Assembly (NCBI GenBank): GCA_030949725.1
Contig: JAUZSE010000007.1
Span: 19,379 to 83,378, forward strand
Source of the DNA: Sulfurovum sp.
Lineage (GTDB): Bacteria; Campylobacterota; Campylobacteria; Campylobacterales; Sulfurovaceae
Reading direction: 5' to 3'
DNA length: 64,000 nt
Part shown: positions 45,087 to 56,077 of the stretch, in pieces
How positions within the stretch are numbered: position 1 is the stretch's first letter
Layout: each line of letters starts with the position of its first letter
The notes under the pieces: model-generated
The model's database searches: none
Told to the model about the DNA's origin: nothing
What the model saw: only the letters and a program-made list of their open reading frames with translations
Position numbers and translations under genes: made by a program

Positions 45087-46534
45087 CAATACCTTAGCCA
45101 AAAAACCCCACTAACCCACCCTCTCAGTAGAGTGAATAGCCCCTAAATTGGCAATCTTAAGCGATACCGTCTGAATTAAATACGCGTTAGCTAAATGCGG
45201 AAGTAATTTAAATACTTCTTTGACGTATTTAATCCCGTGATAGTGGGCTTTAAGGTCAAGAATACTCATCTCATTCATATCAGAATTTTGGCGTAATCCA
45301 TGAGAGAAATTGACCATAAAAGTAGAGAGATTTGCCCAATTATGGATAGGTGTTTTTTAATATTCATAAAATCCTCCATTCCCCAATATTGTTTGGCATC
45401 TCGGAAGACAAATTCAATCTGAAAACGAAGTGAATAGTAATCAATAATCTTTTCATAGTCTAATGTCAAATCTGTAGAGAAGAGATTTACATGAGCAATT
45501 TTTCCTGTGCTTAGATTTATCTTTTCTATAATCACAATATTAAGCCTATCTGCAAACTTACGATGTAGCATTTCCATTTGATAAATTCTTGTTTGGATAT
45601 TCTTATCTTCGTCTATGGTATCTGATTTTAGATAGGGTTCTGGAAGATTATCATAGTCAATAGCATCTCCATATTTCCTAGGAGATCCTCTTCCTGCATA
45701 CTCTCCACTATAAGGAAATAGCAGTGCAGAGTTTTTTGAAGTTTAGAAATGATATGTAATCCACATTGCCTCACCATTTGTACAGCAGGATTATTTCCAA
45801 ATGCTCCATCAAAGACAAAATAAACAATATCAATATGCTTGTCAATCCGTTTAAGTGCCTTATTTACGGACTCCTGGACAAATTTAAGATAGGGAGAAAG
45901 TTCAATATCTTTTTTATCTTGATTCCCACTGCCTACAGGTCTTCCAACTTTACCATGCTTCTTTTTCTTACTCTTCTTTACACTTTTGTCTTTGATACAA
46001 CCTTCTTTTTTCTCTCGAACTATTTGTTGTGTACTTAGTGGATAAGCTTTTCTTGTTTCTACACTTATCAAGGAAAGATTGAGAAATGCCAAACTTTGTA
46101 TCACTTGGTTTTGGATAGAAGAATAAAACCTATCTATCCCATAAGTATGCTTCCCACTTTTGCTTACTACTACTTCATCTCCACCCAAAAGATAGACTGA
46201 ACCCTTTTTTGTTAAATGCGTTTTGATAAACATCCAATTGATTTCTTCCCAATTTATCTTTGAATGAAAGAAGCGTGTGATAGTTCGATAACTCCCTCCT
46301 TTTTCACTCCATCTACTTAATCCTAACATAGTAATCCGTCCTCGCATTGAGAGCAAGGCTTGGATGATGATTTGTAGTTGTTTATGCTTGTTTTTTGCAA
46401 TTATAGGTGCGATACATCTTAAGAGTGTTATAATTTCTGTCATGGGATAACTTTATGTTTTTTTGGTTTAAAATTATAGTAGTTGTCTCATGGCTTTGGC
46501 TTATATTTTGTTTTTATTTTTGGCTAAGGTGTTG
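45087..46534 (-). mobile_element. IS701-like/IS4-superfamily DDE IS; transposase 46443-45111, frameshifted
   Basis: IR CAA(T/C)ACCTTAGCCAAAAA, 7-bp TSD GAATGTA, GDEVVVSKSGK, FDGAFG and YSLRFQIEF.FRDAKQ motifs; exact family uncertain. Confidence 0.88.
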
Positions 46535-47134
46535 GAATGTAGAGTTCACATCATTAAATAATCCAATTATTAAGCATGGATTAGAAGAGATAGAACGTCA
46601 GTGTGATGTGTATCTGTTAAATGCATACGATTGGTCACATCTGGACTATAAACATCATCATTCTAAAGAAGGAAGAGTAAACAAGAATAAGAAGAGTGGT
46701 CAACAATCAGGCTATGACCACCAATCGTGTCTAGCCATGAGTGATAGAACAGGTGAACCAATAGCTCCATTGGCTCAAAATCTTAAAATAGATAAAAATG
46801 TACTCTCTACGTATAATGAGAATATAGATATGAACCTGACACATTTAGAAGAGTTAATCCAAAGAACAAAATGGATTCGAAATAACCTTGAGATAAAAAA
46901 AGAGATAGTAGATATTATTGATAGAGAAGGAGATAGCGTAGCCCTTATGCGAGAGTATGAAAAAGAGAAATGGCTCTATCTTATACGGGCTAAAAGTAGT
47001 CATAAAGTTTATGTTCCAACACTTGATAAGGAGCTAAAACAAGGGGAAGTGGCAGATAGTTTACCCAAAGGAGAGTTTGTCAAAAATATTGAGTATAGAG
47101 CCAAAGGAAAAAAACAAGAACAGGTTAAAATTTA

Positions 47135-48863
47135 GTAACCCCCACAATAACCCCACCAACCAACCTCTAAGAAATCCTAACTATCCCATCAGCACTTACA
47201 TTCCAAGGTAACAACGCCTCAATATCCCTACCATCTCTTTGATAATAAGGAAACTCAGTCATAAGATACTTCAAGTAGTGATAGGGTTCTAATCCATTAG
47301 CCTTAGCAGTCTCTATAATAGTGTACCAAGTAGCAATAGCCTCAGCACCTTTCACAGAAGTAGCAAATAACCAATTCTTTCTACCAAGTACCATAGGTCT
47401 TATATGGTTTTCTGCTCCATTATTATCAATATTGAGTCTTCCATCAGTAAGATAGACTTTTAGCTTAGGAAATTGATTATTAAGATACACAAATGCTTTA
47501 GCAATAGCACCACCAAGTTCTTGTGCTTTATAGAACTTTGTGTTAATCCATTCTCTTATAGTGTTGATGATAGGTTGAGATTTCTCTTTTCTGATAATTA
47601 ACTTTTTATCAGGAGGATCATCTTTTATCTCTTTTTCTATTTTATAGAGTTTCTGTATGAGTGTTATGGCTTCTTGTGCATAACTCTTACTTTGTGGGTC
47701 ACTGACTCCTGATTTGACTATATCTGCAAACTTTCGTCTAGCGTGGTTCTCAGCAAGCTAGATGTGTCATATCATTTGTCTTGACCACATCATTATATCC
47801 AGCGTATCCATCTGTTTGTAGAAAACCACTAAAGCCCTCGAGGAGTGCGGTCGCTGCCACTGCACTCCTGTTATTGGCATAGTGCATATAGACAATTTTA
47901 TATTTATCCATTCCTACACCTAGCCATATATAGGATTTTTTTGTTGCTTTGCCTTTGTGTGCATTCACTACTTGAAGTGTCGTCTCATCTGCTTGTATAT
48001 ATTCATTCTCTAGGAGTCTCTCTTTGAGTTTTTCTTTAAAATGTTTTAGTTTTTCAGAAGCTTTTATCATCCAATTAGAGAGTGTCGTATCATTGAATGC
48101 AACCCCAAATCTATTTTTATAAATTTTAGCTTGTCTGTACAGTGGCAATGCATCTTCAAACTTTTGTACAGCAATAGTTGCTAAGAATGAAGCGGTTACT
48201 TGTGTCTTTGGGAGGATAAATGGTGCCAATGCTGTTGTGCTTGGTTTCTCTCCACATCTACAACCATATACGAATCTAACGTTTTGTATGACTTGAAATT
48301 TTGCAGGTACTATATCGTATTGTTCTGATACAAGTTCTTTAATCTTGTGCATTGTATCACCACAGCTACATATCTTCTCATCATCACTGATATCGCGCTT
48401 CTACTCTTACTCTTGGTATATCAGTAGGTGGAGAAGTTCTTCCACCTCTCTTTCTTTTGAATGTTATTTCAATCTCTTCATCTTCTACTACTTCAATACT
48501 CTCTTCATTGTCTTCAAAGAGAGTTGGTTGGTTAGGGTTTAGTTTTTCACTTTTGGAGGTAAAGTGTTGACGTATGAGGTAATCTATCTTTTCTTTTAGG
48601 TGATTTATTTCAATTTGTTGGGTTTGTATTCTTTTTTCTTGAGTAGTAATTTGTTCTTTTTGAACACTGCTTTCTTGAGCTTGATTTATAATGATTTCTT
48701 GTAGTTTTTCTATATCAATAAGCTCTGTTTTCATAGTGCTATTATAGCTAAAACTACTACTATACTTGGTTAGTAAATGACTTTTTATGTGATGTTTTTT
48801 GCTTATTTTAGCTGTGTGATGCTTTGCTTAATATTGGGTTGGTGGGGTTATTTAGGGGGTTAC
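47135..48863 (-). mobile_element. IS66-family IS with tnpC only (ISBst12-like); tnpC 48734-47167, frameshifted
   Basis: GTAACCCCC ends, 8-bp TSD AAAATTTA, QADETT, LQTDGYAGY and IDNNGAENHIRP..LGRKNWLF motifs. Confidence 0.93.
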
Positions 48864-49710
48864 AAAATTTATGTCAATGAGATAGAGGTTGAACTAAGAA
48901 GAGATGCTACAAAAAGTCTAATTAACGAGGATGGAAAAAAAGTTATAGAGAAAACATCAGGAGAGCCTATCAAAGCTAGATTGGTTGTGGAAAGAATTAT
49001 CAACAAAGAAGGTGAGATAGTTGCACAATGGATACTTTTGACCAATGTAAATAAGGATGTCTCTAGTGAAACCATTGGAACTTGGTATTACTATCGTTGG
49101 AAGATTGAAAGTTATTTCAAACTTTTAAAAACAGCTGGATTTAATCTTGAAAAGTGGCAACAACAAGACCCTAAAGCTATCTTTAGACGATTGCTTATCT
49201 GCTCTTATGCTTGTGTCTTATTATGGAAACTGCAACAATCCAATGAGGAGAATCCAGAAACAATCAAAAAGTTTCTTGTCAAAATTTCTGGTCGATTGAT
49301 GGAATGGGGCAAGGATTATACGGCTCCTGCACTCTTAGCTGGATTATGGAACTTTTTGCAAATGATGGATATTCTTACTGTTTATAATGTTGATGACCTT
49401 TTTAGCATGAAAGATGATTTATCTAAAATCATGGGTATTGACTTTGGACTTGTGTAGAAAGGTATGCTTAAAAGCTAATATGGATATGCAATTTATATCT
49501 AATACTACAACTTTGAGTATAGATGAGATAAAAAAATTAAAAGCAGAAGAAAAGGACAACCACAAATCAAAAATGGAGAACAAATGAAATTAAAAACAGT
49601 GATATACTTATGGCTACTTATTATCTAATAGAGACATCGTCAAAGTAGTTGAAGTTTCTCAACGAATAGAGGGCTATGAACCTGTTTCAAAAGAGCTTGA
49701 ACTAGAAGTA

Positions 49711-49736
49711 GTAGGTCGGGGTGTCTTCTCCCCGAC
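49711..49736 (+). repeat. GTAG-type REP-like hairpin
   Basis: GTAG-GTCGGGG-tgtcttct-CCCCGAC. Confidence 0.55.
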
Positions 49737-49783
49737 GATGGTTTACACAAAATAAAAATCTAATATAACAAAATATGATTGGC

Positions 49784-49891
49784 TTAACACTAAATTAACA
49801 CTTTTATGACATACTTCACCTGTCGAAATAACTTAAGGACAAAAGAAATTTTGTCTTTTTTAACACTCCCTTAACGTTTTTCCGTCATAAT
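49784..49891 (+). promoter_or_regulatory. Two TTAACAC-N4-TTAACRY tandem boxes, each with a -10 element, upstream of tonB
   Basis: 49784-49801 then CATACT; 49860-49877 then CATAAT; both with an 8-nt gap. Confidence 0.6.
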
Positions 49892-49911
49892 GTATCCCAA
49901 AAAAGACCTCT

Positions 49912-50607
49912 ATGCTAAAAAATCGTCATTTTATTTCTTATTTTACTACCACACTTATTTATTTATCTATTGCTGGTATTTTTCTTTATGTAGAACAGAC
50001 GATGTTACATGCTTCAAAAAAATCAGAAGAAAAAGCTATCACCATGTCTTTGTCTGCTTTTGTACCTGAAATGCTTCCTGTGATAGAAGAGCCGATTGTG
50101 GAAGAAGAACCTATTATAGAAAAAGAACCAGAGATTGAAGAAGAGATCGTTCCAGAACCTATCGTGGAAAAAGTGATACCTAAACCTAGTGTTAAACAAA
50201 TAAAAAAGAAAATTCAAAAGAAGAAAAAACCGAAACAAAAAGTTAAAAAAAAGCAAGTGAAGAAAAATAAGACAAGTAAAAAAGTCTCTGTCAAAAAATC
50301 AAAAAGCAGTAACTCAAAAGCATCAAAAGCAGAAAAAAGTAAATTTTTAGCCAATATACGAACCAAGATCAATAAGCATAAGTCTTATCCAAAGATTGCC
50401 AAAAGAAGAGGGATGCAAGGCTCTGTAAAAGTAAAATTTACTATTTTACGTTCGGGTAAAGTAGGAAATATCTCTCTTTCTGGATCCAAAATATTTTATA
50501 AGTCTGCACGTGCAGCGATAAAAAGAGCCTTTCCAATCAATGCCAAAAAATCTCCTCTTAGCTTACCTCAAAGTATTAACATTACTTTACGTTACCAACT
50601 TCAGTAA
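49912..50607 (+). CDS. tonB: Energy transducer TonB
   Basis: N-terminal TM, EP-rich and K-rich linker, YPKIAKRRGMQGSVKVKF. Confidence 0.92.
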   Translation: MLKNRHFISYFTTTLIYLSIAGIFLYVEQTMLHASKKSEEKAITMSLSAFVPEMLPVIEEPIVEEEPIIEKEPEIEEEIVPEPIVEKVIPKPSVKQIKKKIQKKKKPKQKVKKKQVKKNKTSKKVSVKKSKSSNSKASKAEKSKFLANIRTKINKHKSYPKIAKRRGMQGSVKVKFTILRSGKVGNISLSGSKIFYKSARAAIKRAFPINAKKSPLSLPQSINITLRYQLQ

Positions 50608-50609
50608 AC

Positions 50610-50641
50610 TTAACACATAATTAACACTAATCTTTTAAAAT
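50610..50641 (+). promoter_or_regulatory. TTAACAC-N4-TTAACAC box and -10 of the receptor promoter
   Basis: Perfect tandem heptamer at 50610-50627, TAAAAT at 50636. Confidence 0.62.
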
Positions 50642-50669
50642 GATGCAGATTATTTTCAGGAGAATAAAT

Positions 50670-52718
50670 ATGAAAAAGGCAATATACCTTTCTTTGGCAT
50701 GTTCATTATGGATACAAGCTGCACAAATTGAGTTAGAAACGATAAATGTAGAGACAAAAGTAGATACTGAAGTGATACAAGATGTACGTGGGGAAGACAT
50801 CAAATCAGCAGATTTAGGGGAGGCTCTGTTTAAGCAGTCGCCTTCTGTATCCTTAGTAAGAAGATCAGGGGTTGCCAATGATGTTATCGTCAGAGGGCAG
50901 AAAAAAGACAATATTAATGTTACTATTGATGGTACAAAGGTATATGGCGCTTGTCCAAACAGAATGGATCCTCCAATTTCTCATGTATTGACGAACAATA
51001 TTGACTATATCGAGATCAATGAAGGTCCATACAATGTAGAAGACTTTGGTGTTTTATCTGCGGATGTGAAGATCCATACGATTCAACCAATGGATGAGTT
51101 TCAAGGTGATATCAATCTTGGTTTTGGATCATGGGGATATAAAAAAGCTGCACTTTCTGCTTCTGGAGCCATTACAGAAAATGTAAAATTTTTAATCTCT
51201 GCTTCTACAGAAACAAGTGGACAGTATGAAGATGGAGATGGTAATGATTTTGTAGGTCAGATTCAACGAGAAATTGATCTAGGACAAACGATACCTGCCA
51301 CTCAGTATCAAGACAAATATAAAAATTTGGATGCGTATAGTAAAAAAACTGTTTTGGCAAAACTCTTTTGGAATATCACAGACAATCAAGAATTAAGACT
51401 GAGTTATACAGGGAATAGATCGGATGATGTTTTGTATCCATCTTCAAAAATGGATGCCTTGTATGATTATTCAGATATATTTAATGCTGAATATATTGCT
51501 ACAGATCTTGGAAAATACTCTAAAGAATTAAAAATTCAACTGTATCAGTCAGAAGTGGAACACCCAATGTCCACAAGATATAGACTGATGGGTGCACAAA
51601 ATTATATGACACATGCACTGACAACAAAAATGCAGGGTGCTAGTATTAAAAATAGTTTTGATGTTGCCAACCATACTATTACGGCAGGCTTAGATTATAG
51701 TCTACGTAATTGGGATGGTCTCTATACTAAGAATGAAAAGCCTTTACCTGGAGATTTTTATTATAGTATCAATGATGTAGATACAGAAAATATGGCATTT
51801 TTCATCAAAGATGAGATAAAGATGGATAAATTGGTTTTAGATTTGGGTCTAAGATATGATGATACAACAGTGACCCCAGGCAATGACCGTATGAAACTGG
51901 TACAAGAGGATAATGCGTATAATGAATTAAATGGATATGTTTTTGGTACCTACCATATGGATACAACGACGAAGTTTTTTGCTGGTGCAGGTAAATCATC
52001 AAGAGTGCCTGATGCCAAAGAACTCTACTGGATAGGTGCACCTAAGCCACTCCCAACTGGAGGTATGTTCGCTCCTTCCATAGGTACACCTGATCTTGAA
52101 GCAACGATCAATTATGAAGTAGATATAGGGATGGAGAAAAGCTTTGACAATGCCAGTGTTAAAGCAAAAGTATTTTATTCTCAGCTTGACAACTTTATAG
52201 CATTTAATTCATCAAAGATGCAAAATAAATATGAAAATGTAGATGCAACAATTTATGGATTTGAACTTAGTGGTACTTACGTAGCAACGACAGAACTCTA
52301 TTTTGACTATGGGTTGGCATACCAAAGAGGGGAAAAAGAGAATCCTTTAGTAGATCAAACAGAAACTGATATGCCTGAAATCCCTCCATTTAAGTTTAAT
52401 GCAGCAGTCAACTATGACTACGATGAGACTTTAGGTTTTAAGGCAGAATTTATCGCTTCAGATGCTTGGACAAACTTTGATATAGAGAATGGTGAACAAG
52501 AATTAGATGCCTATGGCATTGTCAATCTTAAAGCCTCTAAGCGATGGGGTGCTTTTGAACTGACCGTAGGTGTAGATAATGTGTTCGATAAAACATATGC
52601 TGTATCAAATACGTATAATGATTTAATCTTACTTCCTATCACTGGACCAGATGCTAATGTAATGTTAATGAACGAACCAGGTAGATATCTCTACACCAAT
52701 CTTCAGTATAAATTTTAA
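50670..52718 (+). CDS. TonB-dependent receptor, OprC/NosA-like copper receptor
   Basis: Plug motif GACPNRMDPP (CxxxM), H.M downstream, C-terminal NEPGR..Y..LQYKF. Confidence 0.85.
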   Translation: MKKAIYLSLACSLWIQAAQIELETINVETKVDTEVIQDVRGEDIKSADLGEALFKQSPSVSLVRRSGVANDVIVRGQKKDNINVTIDGTKVYGACPNRMDPPISHVLTNNIDYIEINEGPYNVEDFGVLSADVKIHTIQPMDEFQGDINLGFGSWGYKKAALSASGAITENVKFLISASTETSGQYEDGDGNDFVGQIQREIDLGQTIPATQYQDKYKNLDAYSKKTVLAKLFWNITDNQELRLSYTGNRSDDVLYPSSKMDALYDYSDIFNAEYIATDLGKYSKELKIQLYQSEVEHPMSTRYRLMGAQNYMTHALTTKMQGASIKNSFDVANHTITAGLDYSLRNWDGLYTKNEKPLPGDFYYSINDVDTENMAFFIKDEIKMDKLVLDLGLRYDDTTVTPGNDRMKLVQEDNAYNELNGYVFGTYHMDTTTKFFAGAGKSSRVPDAKELYWIGAPKPLPTGGMFAPSIGTPDLEATINYEVDIGMEKSFDNASVKAKVFYSQLDNFIAFNSSKMQNKYENVDATIYGFELSGTYVATTELYFDYGLAYQRGEKENPLVDQTETDMPEIPPFKFNAAVNYDYDETLGFKAEFIASDAWTNFDIENGEQELDAYGIVNLKASKRWGAFELTVGVDNVFDKTYAVSNTYNDLILLPITGPDANVMLMNEPGRYLYTNLQYKF

Positions 52719-52905
52719 TTACAACCTATAGATGTACACTTACTGTCTTGAGGGCAGAAGTGTTTTCCCAGACGATTTGTTAGCTCCTTTTTACACAAAC
52801 ACTCCATTTCTTCCCACACAAATATAGATTTCACGGTAAATATACGCTTCTTATGCTTTTTTTGTTATACTTAGGCGTATTTTTAACAAACTTAAGGAGT
52901 AATCA

Positions 52906-53133
52906 ATGGCATTATTTGATGATGTAAAAGAAGTAGTTGTAGAACAACTGAACGTGAGCCCAGATGAGGTTAAAGAAGAGTCTAAATTCGTAGAGGATTT
53001 AGGTGCTGATAGTCTTGATGTTGTCGAGTTGGTAATGGCACTTGAAGAGAAATTCGATATTGAAATTCCTGATGACCAAGCAGAAGCTATTGCAACAGTA
53101 AATGATGCAATCAAGTTTATTGAGAGCGTATAG
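52906..53133 (+). CDS. acpP: Acyl carrier protein
   Basis: [18 protein letters not shown]. Confidence 0.98.
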   Translation: MALFDDVKEVVVEQLNVSPDEVKEESKFVEDLGADSLDVVELVMALEEKFDIEIPDDQAEAIATVNDAIKFIESV

Positions 53134-53141
53134 TTTTCTAT

Positions 53142-53166
53142 AATGAATCCCCTTGGGGGATTTATT
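53142..53166 (+). terminator. Hairpin after acpP
   Basis: AATGAATCCC-loop-GGGATTTATT. Confidence 0.5.
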
Positions 53167-53227
53167 AAAATATATCTCAGAACTTTAAGTGAGTCTTGAT
53201 ATATATTTTATATAGCTAGGAGAGCCA

Positions 53228-54445
53228 GTGAAAAGAGTTGTAGTTACAGGTTTAGGGATGATAAATGCTCTAGGACTAGATAAAGAAACCGCATTTTCTG
53301 CGATCATTGATGGAAAATGTGGTATTAGAACTATCGAATCATTTGATACAGACAAACAGGCAGTAAGCATTGCTGGTGAAATTCCAGATTTTGACCCACT
53401 GACTGTACTTAATGCAAAAGAGGCTAAAAAAGCAGATAGGTTTATACAGCTTGGACTCAAAGCTGCTGCTGAAGCAATGGAAGATGCAAAATTACCAGAA
53501 GATGTAGATATGGAAAGATTTGGTGTGGCTTCTGCATCAGGTATTGGTGGATTACCAAACATTGAAAAAAACTCTGTGGTATGTAACACAAGAGGTCCTA
53601 GAAGAATCTCTCCCTTCTTCATTCCTTCTTCATTGGTCAATATGCTTGGCGGATTTATCTCTATCTATCAAGGGATTAAAGGACCTAACCTTGCTTCTGT
53701 AACAGCTTGTGCGGCAGGTACACATGCCATAGGTGAGGCTGCAAAGTCCATCATGGTTGGTACAGCAGATAAAATGCTTGTTGTGGGTGCAGAGTCAGCG
53801 ATATGCCCTGTAGGTATCGGTGGATTTGCTGCTATGAAAGCACTTTCTACAAGAAATGATGATCCACAAACATCTTCACGACCATTTGATAAAGACCGTG
53901 ATGGCTTTGTTATGGGTGAGGGTGCAGGTGCCTTGGTTTTAGAAAGTTATGATGATGCAGTTGCCCGTGGTGCAAGAATCTACGGTGAACTTATAGGATT
54001 TGGTGAAAGTGGTGATGCAAATCATATTACCACGCCAACCATGGATGGTCCTCTTCGTGCAATGAAGGGTGCTTATAAAATGGCAGGTGAACCTAAAATT
54101 GATTATGTCAATGCCCATGGTACATCCACACCAGTCAATGATAAGAATGAAACAGCAGCACTCAAAGAACTATTTGGTGGCAAAGAAAATTGTCCTCCAG
54201 TGAGTTCTATCAAAGGTCAGTTAGGGCATTGTTTGGGTGCAGCAGGTGCGATAGAAGCAGTTGTTTGTCTACTGTCCATGCGAGATGGTGTACTTCCTCC
54301 AACGATTAACTATACGACAGCAGATGAAAATTGTGATTTGGATTATATTCCAAATAAAGCAAGAAAAGCGGATATCAATATCACTATGAGTAATTCATTT
54401 GGTTTTGGTGGAACAAATGGCGTAGTTATTTTTAAAAAAATATAG
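53228..54445 (+). CDS. fabF: 3-oxoacyl-ACP synthase II
   Basis: TACAAG, NAHGTST, GHCLGAAG and NSFGFGG motifs. Confidence 0.97.
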   Translation: MKRVVVTGLGMINALGLDKETAFSAIIDGKCGIRTIESFDTDKQAVSIAGEIPDFDPLTVLNAKEAKKADRFIQLGLKAAAEAMEDAKLPEDVDMERFGVASASGIGGLPNIEKNSVVCNTRGPRRISPFFIPSSLVNMLGGFISIYQGIKGPNLASVTACAAGTHAIGEAAKSIMVGTADKMLVVGAESAICPVGIGGFAAMKALSTRNDDPQTSSRPFDKDRDGFVMGEGAGALVLESYDDAVARGARIYGELIGFGESGDANHITTPTMDGPLRAMKGAYKMAGEPKIDYVNAHGTSTPVNDKNETAALKELFGGKENCPPVSSIKGQLGHCLGAAGAIEAVVCLLSMRDGVLPPTINYTTADENCDLDYIPNKARKADINITMSNSFGFGGTNGVVIFKKI

Positions 54446-54455
54446 GGATTAATGC

Positions 54456-55391
54456 ATGGCAACTTATTTAGATTTTGAAAGTAAAATTGAGAAGATACAA
54501 GAAGAGATTGTATCGGCACATGCCATTGCAAACTTGGATGCTGTAACTAAACATCAAAACGAGTTAGAAAAAGAAGTACAAAAGACTTTTGGCTCTCTTA
54601 GTGATTTTCAGAAACTTCAGCTTGCCCGTCATCCTGATAGACCTTATTCATTGGATTATATCAGACTTCTAATGGATGATGCCTACGAGATACATGGTGA
54701 TCGTGCTTTTAGAGATGATCCTGCTATTTTGTGCTATATTGGCTGGATAAAAGGTCAGAAAACGATGCTCATCGGTGAGCAAAAAGGGCGTGGTGTTAAA
54801 AATAAGATCAAAAGAAATTTTGGTATGCCAAATCCCGAAGGTTATAGAAAAGCATTACGTGCAGTAAAAATGGCAGAAAAGTTTGATATTCCTGTACTCA
54901 TGCTTATAGACACGCCTGGTGCTTACCCAGGACTTGGAGCAGAAGAGAGAGGGCAGAGTGAGGCAATTGCCAGAAACCTTTTTGAATTTGTCTCAGTTAA
55001 GGTACCCATGGTCTCCATCGTTATAGGTGAAGGTGGATCTGGTGGTGCATTGGCTATAGGAGTTGCTGATAAACTTGCGATGATGCGTTATTCTGTATTT
55101 GCTGTTATTTCGCCAGAAGGATGTTCTGCTATTTTATGGAATGACCCTACAAAAGTAGAAGCGGCAACCAAAGCATTAAAAATTACAGCCGAAGATCTCT
55201 TATCTCATGGTCTGATAGATGATGTGATAAATGAACCACTTATCGGTGCACATCGTGACAAACAAACAGCCGCAGATGTACTCAAAGATTATTTTCTGCA
55301 AAGCGTAAAAGATCTTAGAGAACTTTCAGAAGATGAAATGCTCGATCAGCGTTATAAAAGACTCACTTCCGTTGGTGCATACAGTGAATAA
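54456..55391 (+). CDS. accA: Acetyl-CoA carboxylase carboxyltransferase alpha
   Basis: [16 protein letters not shown] and [10 protein letters not shown] motifs. Confidence 0.98.
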   Translation: MATYLDFESKIEKIQEEIVSAHAIANLDAVTKHQNELEKEVQKTFGSLSDFQKLQLARHPDRPYSLDYIRLLMDDAYEIHGDRAFRDDPAILCYIGWIKGQKTMLIGEQKGRGVKNKIKRNFGMPNPEGYRKALRAVKMAEKFDIPVLMLIDTPGAYPGLGAEERGQSEAIARNLFEFVSVKVPMVSIVIGEGGSGGALAIGVADKLAMMRYSVFAVISPEGCSAILWNDPTKVEAATKALKITAEDLLSHGLIDDVINEPLIGAHRDKQTAADVLKDYFLQSVKDLRELSEDEMLDQRYKRLTSVGAYSE

Positions 55392-55409
55392 AATAGAACT
55401 ACATACTTT

Positions 55410-56024
55410 ATGATACATGAGATAGCAGAAACCATCGTCTCTTATATTGGAGATATGGGGTATTGGGGTATTTTTTTTCTTATGTTTCTTGAGAGTACTT
55501 TTTTTCCTTTCCCTAGTGAAATCATCATGATACCTGCGGGATATTTGGCATTTAAAGGGGAGATGAACCTTTATATGGTGATACTTATGGGTATCTCTGG
55601 TTCACTTTTAGGTGCATTGTTCAACTACTATTTGGCGATTCATTTTGGTAGAGCGTTTATTTTACGATATGGTAAATACTTTTTTATCAAAGAAGAAACA
55701 CTATATAAGTTAGAAACATTTTTCGCTAAACATGGAGAGATATCTACTTTTACAGGAAGACTTATTCCTGGTATACGCCAACTTATTTCATTACCTGCTG
55801 GACTCGCAGGCATGAATATAGCTAAGTTTTCTTTTTACACTTCTTTGGGCGCAGGTATTTGGGTTGTTGTACTTGTAATGCTTGGGTATTTAGTAGGCTC
55901 AAATGAAGCACTTATCTCAGAATATCTCAGATCAGCAACACTAATCGCACTGGTTTCGGTAGTGTTAATTGGTATTTTTTATGTGATTAGATATAAAAGA
56001 AGAAAAGAGATATTGGAAGATTAG
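55410..56024 (+). CDS. dedA: DedA-family membrane protein
   Basis: [11 protein letters not shown] and [16 protein letters not shown]. Confidence 0.92.
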   Translation: MIHEIAETIVSYIGDMGYWGIFFLMFLESTFFPFPSEIIMIPAGYLAFKGEMNLYMVILMGISGSLLGALFNYYLAIHFGRAFILRYGKYFFIKEETLYKLETFFAKHGEISTFTGRLIPGIRQLISLPAGLAGMNIAKFSFYTSLGAGIWVVVLVMLGYLVGSNEALISEYLRSATLIALVSVVLIGIFYVIRYKRRKEILED

Positions 56025-56077
56025 TTTCCCTCTTTATTTTTAGTATGATTTAGCATCAAGTACAGATAACTATATAT

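Larger units (their letters stand above)
44875..49466 (+). mobile_element. IS4-family (IS50/Tn5-like) IS, about 1400 bp natively, carrying two nested IS
   Basis: 19-bp IR CATACCTTTCTACACAAGT, 8-bp TSD CTTAAAAG; transposase 44934-49457 in three pieces (ASYRFYNN, IIDREGD, YYYRWKIESYFKLLK). Confidence 0.92.
42816..49587 (+). pseudogene. Rpn/YhgA-like PD-(D/E)xK nuclease broken by two IS insertions
   Basis: DWAMKKIL, RVDLLA..ILIEVQ; pieces 42816-43534, 44817-44874 and 49475-49587 rebuild the typical tail (SARMEGEIKGRIEIAK.LLKANMD...LSIDEIKKL) if one A is restored near 44860. Confidence 0.88.

Noticed and set aside
46455-49457. ORFs 46455-47135 and 48777-49457 with hydrophobic N-termini, read as membrane proteins
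   Set aside because: The N-termini come from the ends of the nested IS elements; the rest are pieces of the IS4 transposase
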